A stretch of 64,000 bases of DNA. It comes from Clostridiaceae bacterium BRH_c20a (GTDB lineage: Bacteria > Bacillota > Peptococcia > Peptococcales > BICA1-8). Below the pieces are notes generated by a model. That model was not told where the DNA came from. It ran no database searches and saw only the letters and a list, made by a program, of their open reading frames with translations. A program made the translations under genes and the position numbers. Positions 55,813-63,166 of this stretch are shown in pieces (within the stretch, counting starts at the first letter, position 1; each line of letters begins with the position of its first letter). The stretch lies in contig LADT01000042.1 in assembly GCA_000961765.1 (NCBI GenBank), positions 40,907 through 104,906 on the forward strand, written 5' to 3'.

Positions 55813-57094
55813 TGACTTCACCCTTTTCCATAACAATTTTTCCAGCTTTTATTGTTAGTATCGGCCACCCGGTAAGTTCCCAATCCTGAAAGGGAGTATT
55901 TTTGCCCAAGGAATAAAATGTTTCTCTTTTTACTTTTTGTGTAAGCTCTGGATCAATTACAGTGATATCAGCATTTTTTCCAGCTTGAACAGTGCCTCTA
56001 TCTATCCCCAATATTTTTGCCGGGGTTGTAGTAAATGTCTTTACCAGATCGAGCATACTAAGATGCCCCGCTAGATAAAGGTTTTGCCAGGCTAAAGGTA
56101 CAGCTGTTTCTAAGCCAGAGATACCATATGGTGCATAATCAAACTCTACATCTTTTTCCTCGCGAGCATGGGGCGCATGGTCAGTTGCAATGCAATCTAT
56201 AGTACCGTCCTGTAAACCCTGGATTAAGGCATAAACATCTTCCTCTGTTCTCAATGGAGGATTAACTTTAGTATTAGTGCAATAACCTTTTACAGCAGCA
56301 TCTGTCAAGGAAAAATGATGGGGTGTAACCTCAGCAGTCACCTTAACTCCTCTTTTTTTAGCGGCACGAATTAATTCTACTCCGCTTTTAGTTGACACAT
56401 GGGCAATATGAATTCGGCCTTTTGTTAGCTCCGCTAAGCGGATGTCCCGGTCGATAATAATATCCTCTACTTCTCTGGGAATACCAGCTAAGCCTAACTG
56501 AGTGCTGATTAACCCTTCATGCATTACGCCGGAGCCAGCTAGCTCCTCATCTTCACAGTGACTAATAATCAATAGATCCAGCATTTTTGCATAATCTAAT
56601 GCTCTACGCATAACACCACTATTCCTTACAGAATGTCCATCCTCAGATAAAGCTATAGCACCACACTCATGTAATATAGCAAACTCGGTCAACTCTTTCC
56701 CTTCCTGACCTTTAGTTATACTTGCTATTGGATAAACCTCTACTAGGTCATACCGCTTTGCTCGAGCTAGGATAAGCTCGATTACTCCTTCTGTGTCAGC
56801 AACCGGATTGGTATTGGGCATACAGGCTATTCCAGTAAAGCCTCCCCGAGCTGCAGCCCGGCAGCCACTTAGAATTGTTTCTTTATGCTCAAAGCCCGGT
56901 TCTCTAAGATGAACATGCATATCAATAAATCCGGGAGCAACTATTTTTTCATTAACATCTATTACCTTGATATCAGGAGAAGCTTTAATATCCTTTCCTA
57001 ACTCCACTACTTTACTATTTGCTATAAGAATATCCATTTTCTCACAGATGTTCTGACTGGGGTCAACCAACAACCCATTCTTAAGCAGTAACAT
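55805..57094 (-). CDS. pyrC: Dihydroorotase
   Basis: Start trimmed to MLLLKNGLLVDP (RBS GGGGGAGG). Contains FIDMHVHLREPG and ATDHAPH. Overlaps both the pyrB stop and the carA start. Confidence 0.9.
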   Translation of the reverse strand: MLLLKNGLLVDPSQNICEKMDILIANSKVVELGKDIKASPDIKVIDVNEKIVAPGFIDMHVHLREPGFEHKETILSGCRAAARGGFTGIACMPNTNPVADTEGVIELILARAKRYDLVEVYPIASITKGQEGKELTEFAILHECGAIALSEDGHSVRNSGVMRRALDYAKMLDLLIISHCEDEELAGSGVMHEGLISTQLGLAGIPREVEDIIIDRDIRLAELTKGRIHIAHVSTKSGVELIRAAKKRGVKVTAEVTPHHFSLTDAAVKGYCTNTKVNPPLRTEEDVYALIQGLQDGTIDCIATDHAPHAREEKDVEFDYAPYGISGLETAVPLAWQNLYLAGHLSMLDLVKTFTTTPAKILGIDRGTVQAGKNADITVIDPELTQKVKRETFYSLGKNTPFQDWELTGWPILTIKAGKIVMEKGEVNE

Positions 57095-58016
57095 TAAATT
57101 TACCTCCCCCCATGGCATATAATAACGCCATTCGTATTGCTACACCATTGGTCACCTGCTCTTCTATTACTGATTGAGAGGACTCAGCAACCTCAGCAGT
57201 TATTTCAATTCCCCGATTCATGGGACCGGGATGCATAACCAAAGCATTATCCTGGGCAAGCTTCAGCTTTTCTTGATTAAGTCCATAAAGCTTTGCGTAC
57301 TCTCTAGTGGAAGGAAACAGCCCTTTCTTCTGCCTTTCCAGTTGAATCCTAAGCACCATTACTACATCTGCTCCCTCTAGAGCTTTTTTCATATCCCAGG
57401 TAACCTTTACTCCCAGCTTTTCCACCTGTGCGGGTAAAAGGGTTGGTGGTGCACAAACCCAGACATCAGCACCAAAGGCATTTAAACCCAATATATTTGA
57501 ACGGGCAACCCTACTGTGCAAAACATCCCCAATTATAGCAATTTTTTTTCCGCTAAGTGTACCTAGGTGACCTAGCATAGTAAACATGTCCAAGAGTGCC
57601 TGTGTAGGATGCTCATGGGTTCCATCACCGGCATTGATCACTCGAGCGTTTATGGCTTTAGCCAAGATATGGTGGGCACCACTGGCAGGATGGCGCATTA
57701 TAACTACATCAGCTCCCATCCTCTCAATGGTTTTAGCTGTATCCCGCAGACTTTCACCCTTAGCGACACTTGAAGTGCCGGCACTGATATTAATTACATC
57801 GGCACCCATGTATTTGCCTGCTAGTTCAAAGGAGCTTCGAGTCCGAGTACTATTTTCATAAAAAAGATTAATGATTGCCTTTCCCCTAAGGGTAGGTACC
57901 TTTTTAATTTCCCGGTGAATAATTTCTTTCATGGATTTTGCATTAATGAATATTTCCTTCATTTCTTCAACAGATAAATCAGATAAGCTTATGAGGTCTT
58001 TACTTTTAATTCCCAT
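57081..58016 (-). CDS. pyrB: Aspartate carbamoyltransferase catalytic subunit
   Basis: 311 aa. Contains ENSTRTRSSFE, HEHPTQALLD and HPGPMNRG. Confidence 0.95.
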   Translation of the reverse strand: MGIKSKDLISLSDLSVEEMKEIFINAKSMKEIIHREIKKVPTLRGKAIINLFYENSTRTRSSFELAGKYMGADVINISAGTSSVAKGESLRDTAKTIERMGADVVIMRHPASGAHHILAKAINARVINAGDGTHEHPTQALLDMFTMLGHLGTLSGKKIAIIGDVLHSRVARSNILGLNAFGADVWVCAPPTLLPAQVEKLGVKVTWDMKKALEGADVVMVLRIQLERQKKGLFPSTREYAKLYGLNQEKLKLAQDNALVMHPGPMNRGIEITAEVAESSQSVIEEQVTNGVAIRMALLYAMGGGKFNVTA

Positions 58017-58046
58017 GGTTAAACCTCCTTTTAGTTGCTGGTGGCG

Positions 58047-58084
58047 CTAGTTGTTAGTGGCTAGTGGCTAGTGACTGGTTACTG
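58047..58084. repeat. Tandem heptamers CTAGTTG-TTAGTGG-CTAGTGG-CTAGTGA-CTGGTTA in the pyrB 5' leader
   Basis: Read directly from the sequence. The reverse complement is related to the (AGTCACC)n run at 51239-51260. Confidence 0.75.
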
Positions 58085-58211
58085 ATAATTAGTCTATGGT
58101 CTTCTTTTATCATGTGGTCTAGTGATTGTTATTAGTAACTAGTTTTTGGTAAAACACTAAAATATATTATGGATCGGGGGAACACCTCTTCACTTTGAGG
58201 AATTCCCCTAA

Positions 58212-58359
58212 TTAATAAAGCCGGGTCAGAGGACCCGGCAGGTAGACTAGTTATACTACAGCCAGCTTTACAGTAAAAACTGTAGTACTGTAGCACTGTA
58301 GCACTGCTAGAACTGAGCTACAGTTTCTCCTTGCCGGACTCTCAGGACCGATTTAAAGG
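58212..58359 (-). promoter_or_regulatory. PyrR-type transcription attenuator 1 (binding loop + terminator), proximal to pyrB
   Basis: Minus-strand RNA reads CCUUUAAAUCGGUCCUGAGAGUCCGGCAAGG, against the B. subtilis PyrR loop consensus UUUAA..RUCCAGAGAGGYU..AAGG. It is followed by the terminator GCCGGGUCCUCUGACCCGGC-UUUAUU. Confidence 0.7.
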
Positions 58360-58382
58360 GAATAATATTCAATTATATGCAC

Positions 58383-58430
58383 GGGGACACACCTCTTTTA
58401 TGGTTTATCATTGGGATGAGGAATGTCCCC
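58383..58430 (+). repeat. Copy of the GGGGACAC...GGAATGTCCCC hairpin element between the two attenuators
   Basis: GGGGACACACCT-N24-AGGAATGTCCCC, with the same termini as the 44019-44231 copies. Confidence 0.8.
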
Positions 58431-58460
58431 AAATAATTATGGGCGCGATAAACTTTATAT

Positions 58461-58610
58461 TAATAAAGCCGGGTCTTAAAAGACCCGGCAGGTAGACTAA
58501 TTATACTACAGTCAGCTTTACAGTAAAAACTGTAGAACTGTAGAACTGTAGAACTGCTAGAACTAACTACAGATTCTTCCTTGCCAGCCTCACAGGACCG
58601 AACTTAAAGG
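58461..58610 (-). promoter_or_regulatory. PyrR-type transcription attenuator 2 (distal; first after the promoter)
   Basis: Minus-strand RNA reads CCUUUAAGUUCGGUCCUGUGAGGCUGGCAAGG, followed by the terminator GCCGGGUCUUUUAAGACCCGGC-UUUAUU. By eye it is about 85-90% identical to attenuator 1. Confidence 0.7.
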
Positions 58611-58627
58611 ACTATTTATTTTTATTA

Positions 58628-58656
58628 ATTATAACCTTCCAAAATAAAATTGACAA
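58628..58656 (-). promoter_or_regulatory. Sigma-A-type promoter of the pyr operon (-35 TTGTCA, 17-nt spacer, -10 TATAAT)
   Basis: Minus-strand reading TTGTCAattttattttggaaggtTATAAT, lying about 15-20 nt upstream of the first PyrR loop. Confidence 0.6.
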
Positions 58657-58713
58657 GTTAAATTTACTAAAAATATGTTTACTGCTATAATTTTGGCTAG
58701 TGGGTAATTTTTG

Positions 58714-58963
58714 GAGTGACATATACTACAGGGTGAACATTATTGGGCTGACATTCTTCTGGGCGAATATTACGCGTCTGACATATACTTTTGGGTGATC
58801 ATTATGGGTCTGACATACTCCTACGCCATATTTTGCGTCTGACACAACCATTAACAGATATTCTATCAGATGCTAAACTAAACCCTTAAGCTATTGTCAG
58901 ACGCGAAAGACTGTCCCCATAGCAATGTCAGACCCATAAGTTAAACCCCTTAGTCTATCAGAC
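58714..58963. repeat. Head-to-head array of ~31-bp units with core G(C/G)GTCTGACA: five direct units (cores 58714, 58746, 58776, 58808, 58837) facing three inverted units (TGTCAGAC at 58895, 58926; TATCAGAC at 58956)
   Basis: Read directly from the sequence. The unit is the same as in the carA-carB spacer. Confidence 0.85.
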
Positions 58964-59029
58964 GTATTATCTTCACCCAGAAGTACATTTAACCAATGAA
59001 CTAGACCCATTAGCAAAAAGGAGGACAAA

Positions 59030-59674
59030 ATGAGGAAAATCAAAGGAATACTATTTGACCTAGACGGTACTTTAATCAATACCAACGAGCTAATAATTGA
59101 AACCTTCCAATACACTTATAAAAATATTCTAAACCTAGATATCCCCCGTGAGGAAATTGTCCAGTATTTTGGTGAACCCCTTATTGATACCCTTGCCAAA
59201 TACGGTCCTGACAAGGTTGAACTATTGCTAAAAACCTACCGTGATTATAACTTCCAGAGACATGATGAAGTAACTACCATTTTTCCCGGTGTCAAAGATA
59301 CAGTCATTACCCTAAAAAATCAAGGCTATCAATTGGCAGTTGTAACCTCAAAAAAAAATATTGGAGCCCGCAAGGGCTTAGATCTATTTGGGTTAACCCC
59401 ATATATTGATTTTTTTGTAGGATATGATGACACAGATAAACATAAGCCCAATCCTGACCCTGCTCTAAAAGCTTTATCTGGCTTAAAATTAACACCCCAG
59501 GAAGCACTCATGATTGGAGACAGCCCTTATGATATCTTATGTGGTAAAAATGCTGGGACCCATACTGCTGTAGTTAAATATAGCGAGCATTCCTTGGAAA
59601 AACTAATGGAATTAAAACCTGATTATGTATTAAATCATTTGGCAGATTTACTCCAAATACTAAATCGTCCGTGA
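59030..59674 (+). CDS. HAD-IA family phosphatase (PpaX / phosphoglycolate-phosphatase-like)
   Basis: 214 aa. Contains ILFDLDGTLINT, VVTSK and MIGDSPYDILCG. RBS AAAGGAGGA. This is the only convincing plus-strand gene in the window. Confidence 0.8.
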   Translation: MRKIKGILFDLDGTLINTNELIIETFQYTYKNILNLDIPREEIVQYFGEPLIDTLAKYGPDKVELLLKTYRDYNFQRHDEVTTIFPGVKDTVITLKNQGYQLAVVTSKKNIGARKGLDLFGLTPYIDFFVGYDDTDKHKPNPDPALKALSGLKLTPQEALMIGDSPYDILCGKNAGTHTAVVKYSEHSLEKLMELKPDYVLNHLADLLQILNRP

Positions 59675-59736
59675 TCAGTGATCAGTGCTCCGTGTCCAGA
59701 TCACGGGGCGGCGTGGAAACCGCCCCCTACAATATA

Positions 59737-59779
59737 AAAGCCCTCCGCCAGTATATTGTGCAACTGGCGGAGGGCTTTT
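59737..59779. terminator. Bidirectional rho-independent terminator between the convergent HAD and ATPase genes
   Basis: AAAAGCCCTCCGCCAG-N12-CTGGCGGAGGGCTTTT. Confidence 0.8.
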
Positions 59780-59781
59780 AA

Positions 59782-62475
59782 TTATTTTTTGAAACTTCTT
59801 TTAAAGATTTTAGCAATTTCCACTATCACCAGTGGTGCAAGGCTTAAAAGCAGTACCATTAACAATTCTTGTGTTGTTAGTACAGCTGTTTCGAATATTC
59901 CCCTTAAGAAAGGAACATAGACTACAGCTAACTGAAGACCTGCCGAGAGTAGGAAAGCATACACTAATGCTCTATTAGTACCTATGCCCATTTTAAAGAG
60001 TGACTGGTCAAAGCTTCGGGCGTTAAAAGATTGCACTAATTGGGAGAAGGCCATAGTCATAAAAGCCATAGTATGAGCTTCTTCTATACTCTGTCCCCAC
60101 CGGAGACCCAGCCAATAGGCAAAAAAGGATAACAAACCAATTGCGAAACCTTGATAAAGAATAGCTCCACCCACACCACCTGCAAAAACTGTTTCCTTAG
60201 AACTTCGGGGCGGATTATTCATAACTCCTTTTTCCGGTGGCTCCAAGCCTAAAGCTAGAGCAGGCGGACCATCAGTAACCAGGTTCAGCCATAATATCTG
60301 AATGGGTGTCAACGGACTTCCATAACCCAAGAGAATAGCGGTAAAAATGGCAACAATTTCCCCAGTATTACACGATAACAGATAATGAATAGACTTTCTA
60401 ATATTAGAGTATATAGTTCTGCCTTCTTCAACTGCATTAACAATAGTTGCAAAGTTATCATCAAGAAGCACCATGTCAGCGGCTTCTTTAGCCACTTCTG
60501 TACCTGTAATCCCCATGGCAGCACCGATATCAGCCCTTTTTAAAGCGGGGGCATCGTTAACACCATCTCCAGTCATTGCAACAACATGACCATGGGCTTT
60601 CAATGCACCTACAATCCGCAGCTTATGCTCCGGAGAAACCCTTGCATAAACTGTTGTCTTAGTAACATGTTTTTTTAATTCTTCTTCATCCATTTTTTCT
60701 AGCTGTGAACCGGTAAGAACACCATCACCTTTCTGCCAGATATTCAGCTCTTTGGCAATAGCTAAAGCTGTATCCTGGTGGTCACCGGTAATCATTACAG
60801 TTTTAATACCCGCCTTACGACTTATTTCCACGGCATCTTTAACTTCATCCCGTGCTGGGTCCAAGATAGCAAAGAAACCAATAAAGATAAGTTTATCTTC
60901 TACTGTATCCGAGTTTGGCTTTTCAGGGACTTCCGGCCATTTGCGGAAAGCCAGAGCGAGAACCCGTTGCCCTTGGGAAGCAATACTAGAATTCACCTTT
61001 AAAATCTTATCAAGAACCTCTTTACTTAATGCCTTTACTCCATCTTTTGTAAGCATTTCGCTGCAACGGGATAAAAGAACATCAGGGGCTCCTTTGGTAA
61101 AAGAAATAATTTCACCGTCAATTTTATTGAAGGTAGTCATCATTTTCCGAGCTGAATCAAAGGGAATTTCTTCTAAACGAGGATACTTTTTATCTATTTC
61201 GTCTTTGGTAAGTCCCGCTTTACCGGCAGCTACCACTAAAGCACCTTCTGTGGGGTCACCTATTACTTCATAGGCTTTTTCTGTTTTTTCAACCCGGGCA
61301 TCACTATTTAGAACACCACCCCTGAGCATTAGTTCCAAATTTTTATCAGCTAAAGGTGATAATTTCCCGTCTTTTTGATCTAAAAATTCCCCTTCCGGTT
61401 GATAACCAGTTCCTGTTAATTTAATAAAATTCTCGTCCTGATAAATTTGTATAACTGTCATCTCATTTTTAGTAAGGGTACCTGTTTTATCAGAACAGAT
61501 ATAGGTTGCTACACCCAAGGTTTCTACTGCCGGCAGCTTTCTGATAATAGCATTACGACGGCTCATCCTGGTCACACCTAAAGCTAACACTATGGTAACA
61601 ACTGAAGGTAAACCTTCTGGAATAGCTGCTACTGCTAAGGCAATAGAGGTCATAAACATTTCTAGAATTTCTTCACCCCGCCATAAACCAGTTGCAAAGA
61701 CTACAGCCACAATAACTCCAGCGGCAATTCCCAGGATTTTACCTAAAGCTGCTAACTGACGCTGTAATGGTGTAGGGTCCGGAGGTGATTCTTGGAGCAT
61801 TTGGGCAATTTTACCTAATTCACTATTCATACCAGTACCGGTAACTATCATTTTCGCCCGACCACCGGTTACAGTAGTTCCTCGGAAAACCATATTTTTC
61901 CGGTCGCCAATAGAAACATCTTCACCTTGGATTACTTTTAACTCTTTTTCTACCGGTACCGATTCACCAGTTAGAGCAGCTTCATTCACCCTTAAGGATG
62001 CGGACTCAAACAATCGAGCATCAGCTGGGATGGAGTCACCAGCATCTAGTAGTACTATATCACCTGGAACTAGTTGATCGACCTCAACCTGAGTCACTTT
62101 ACCGTTTCGCAGTACCTTAACCATAGCCTTGGTCATTTCTTTTAGTGCCTTGAGAGCTTGTTCAGCTTTGTTTTCCTGAAATACACCTAAAGCAGCATTT
62201 AAAACAACTATAATAAGGATAACTATTGAATCTGCCACTTCGCCTAGTGCTCCAGATACAACTGCAGCAACAATTAGGATTAACACCAAGACTTCCTTGA
62301 GCTGGGCAATAAACATAGAAATTAGACTGCGGGGCGGTGGCTCTTTTAAAGCATTTGGACCGTAAGAATTTAACCGTTTATTAACTTCTTCGGTACTTAG
62401 CCCTTTTTCCAGGTCCCCATTTAATTCCTGGGTAACCTGGGTGACCTCCTGTGAATACCACTTTTTGTCCTTCAA
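59782..62475 (-). CDS. P-type ATPase, type IIA (SERCA/PMR-like Ca2+/Mn2+ transporter)
   Basis: 897 aa. Contains CSDKTGTLT, TGES, MITGD and MTGDGVNDAPALKRAD, with 10 TM. TTG start with a GGGAGG RBS. Confidence 0.9.
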   Translation of the reverse strand: MKDKKWYSQEVTQVTQELNGDLEKGLSTEEVNKRLNSYGPNALKEPPPRSLISMFIAQLKEVLVLILIVAAVVSGALGEVADSIVILIIVVLNAALGVFQENKAEQALKALKEMTKAMVKVLRNGKVTQVEVDQLVPGDIVLLDAGDSIPADARLFESASLRVNEAALTGESVPVEKELKVIQGEDVSIGDRKNMVFRGTTVTGGRAKMIVTGTGMNSELGKIAQMLQESPPDPTPLQRQLAALGKILGIAAGVIVAVVFATGLWRGEEILEMFMTSIALAVAAIPEGLPSVVTIVLALGVTRMSRRNAIIRKLPAVETLGVATYICSDKTGTLTKNEMTVIQIYQDENFIKLTGTGYQPEGEFLDQKDGKLSPLADKNLELMLRGGVLNSDARVEKTEKAYEVIGDPTEGALVVAAGKAGLTKDEIDKKYPRLEEIPFDSARKMMTTFNKIDGEIISFTKGAPDVLLSRCSEMLTKDGVKALSKEVLDKILKVNSSIASQGQRVLALAFRKWPEVPEKPNSDTVEDKLIFIGFFAILDPARDEVKDAVEISRKAGIKTVMITGDHQDTALAIAKELNIWQKGDGVLTGSQLEKMDEEELKKHVTKTTVYARVSPEHKLRIVGALKAHGHVVAMTGDGVNDAPALKRADIGAAMGITGTEVAKEAADMVLLDDNFATIVNAVEEGRTIYSNIRKSIHYLLSCNTGEIVAIFTAILLGYGSPLTPIQILWLNLVTDGPPALALGLEPPEKGVMNNPPRSSKETVFAGGVGGAILYQGFAIGLLSFFAYWLGLRWGQSIEEAHTMAFMTMAFSQLVQSFNARSFDQSLFKMGIGTNRALVYAFLLSAGLQLAVVYVPFLRGIFETAVLTTQELLMVLLLSLAPLVIVEIAKIFKRSFKK

Positions 62476-62719
62476 ATTAATACCTCCCTATTTATTTAAA
62501 GCAATTTATTCTCTAAACCTTAATTAATTACTGTCGACTAGCGACTAGCTATTAGTTATTATTCCAAAAATGTAGGCTTAGATTTATTTATTTGTCTTTG
62601 TTAGACAAAAAATTACTAGAAAAATTTACTTCTTCCTGTAAATAAGACATTAAGGGGACAATTAACTCAATAATCATTAACATTTCCATTTGAATTACTA
62701 TTAATCCTTTTATTCAGAT

Positions 62720-62862
62720 ATTAAAAAGACCTCTACCCTGATATTATTAATCAAGGTAAAGGTCTGGCTTTAGCAATATACTAAGGTAACACCGGGCTTT
62801 TTAGGGCCGAGAAATGTCGACGTTACCACCAAAGAACTGGCAGTTACTCCCCTTTACGGAGG
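62720..62862 (-). promoter_or_regulatory. yybP-ykoY-like (Mn2+) riboswitch with a terminator expression platform
   Basis: Minus-strand RNA reads GUAAAGGGGAGUAACUGCC...GUCGACAUUUCUCGGCCC...UUGCUAAAGCCAGACCUUUACC. The 5' AAAGGGGAGUA and 3' AGACCUUU form the hallmark P1/L1 elements. The 3' P1 strand can instead pair in the terminator AGACCUUUACCUUGAU...AUCAGGGUAGAGGUCU-UUUUU. Confidence 0.65.
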
Positions 62863-62974
62863 GTTATTTAATTTGCATATTTATTGTAAACTATGTTTTA
62901 AAAAACTGCAATAGCATTTGCATAATTGGTAAAAGTCGTTAATACGTCTATTTGTCAACTCACTTTTAGCGTTT

Positions 62975-63131
62975 CATCGTGACATCGTGTCGCCGTGTCA
63001 TCGATTAAAAGGCATCTGCTATTGGGTTGAGATATTGGGATGCATCTCATGCAAGTGGAGATTACTGGATGCATCTGCTTAAAGGTCTAGCTTAAGGGAT
63101 GCATCAAAAAGATTGGCATTCATCTGATGCC
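62975..63131 (+). repeat. Tandem octamers (CATCGTGA-CATCGTGT-CGCCGTGT-CATCGATT, 62975-63006), then a ~30-bp-period array with core GG(G)ATGCATCT (GCATC at 63012, 63042, 63071, 63101, and CATCT at 63121)
   Basis: Read directly from the sequence. It lies between the riboswitch promoter region and the stop of the M20D gene. Confidence 0.8.
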
Positions 63132-63166
63132 ATAACTATTAACTCGCCCACTGACTCACTTTGAGA

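Noticed and set aside
58714-58963. Possible CRISPR array (regular ~30-bp periodicity), also at 54514-54615 and 63012-63125
   Set aside because: The conserved part is only 8-10 nt (CRISPR repeats are >=23 nt), and the intervening 'spacers' share sequence with each other. Units occur in both orientations within one array, no cas genes are present, and the arrays have only 3-5 units.
58897-59115. 72-aa minus-strand ORF overlapping the HAD gene start
   Set aside because: It is antisense to the well-supported HAD phosphatase start and runs into the repeat array. It has no RBS or motifs.
62720-62862. M-box (Mg2+) riboswitch as an alternative identity for the ATPase leader
   Set aside because: The element is only about 110 nt (an M-box is ~160 nt). 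It begins with AAAGGGGAGUA and closes with AGACCUUU, which fits yybP-ykoY. Shared fragments such as CUAAAGC and CGACAU are too short to favour an M-box.
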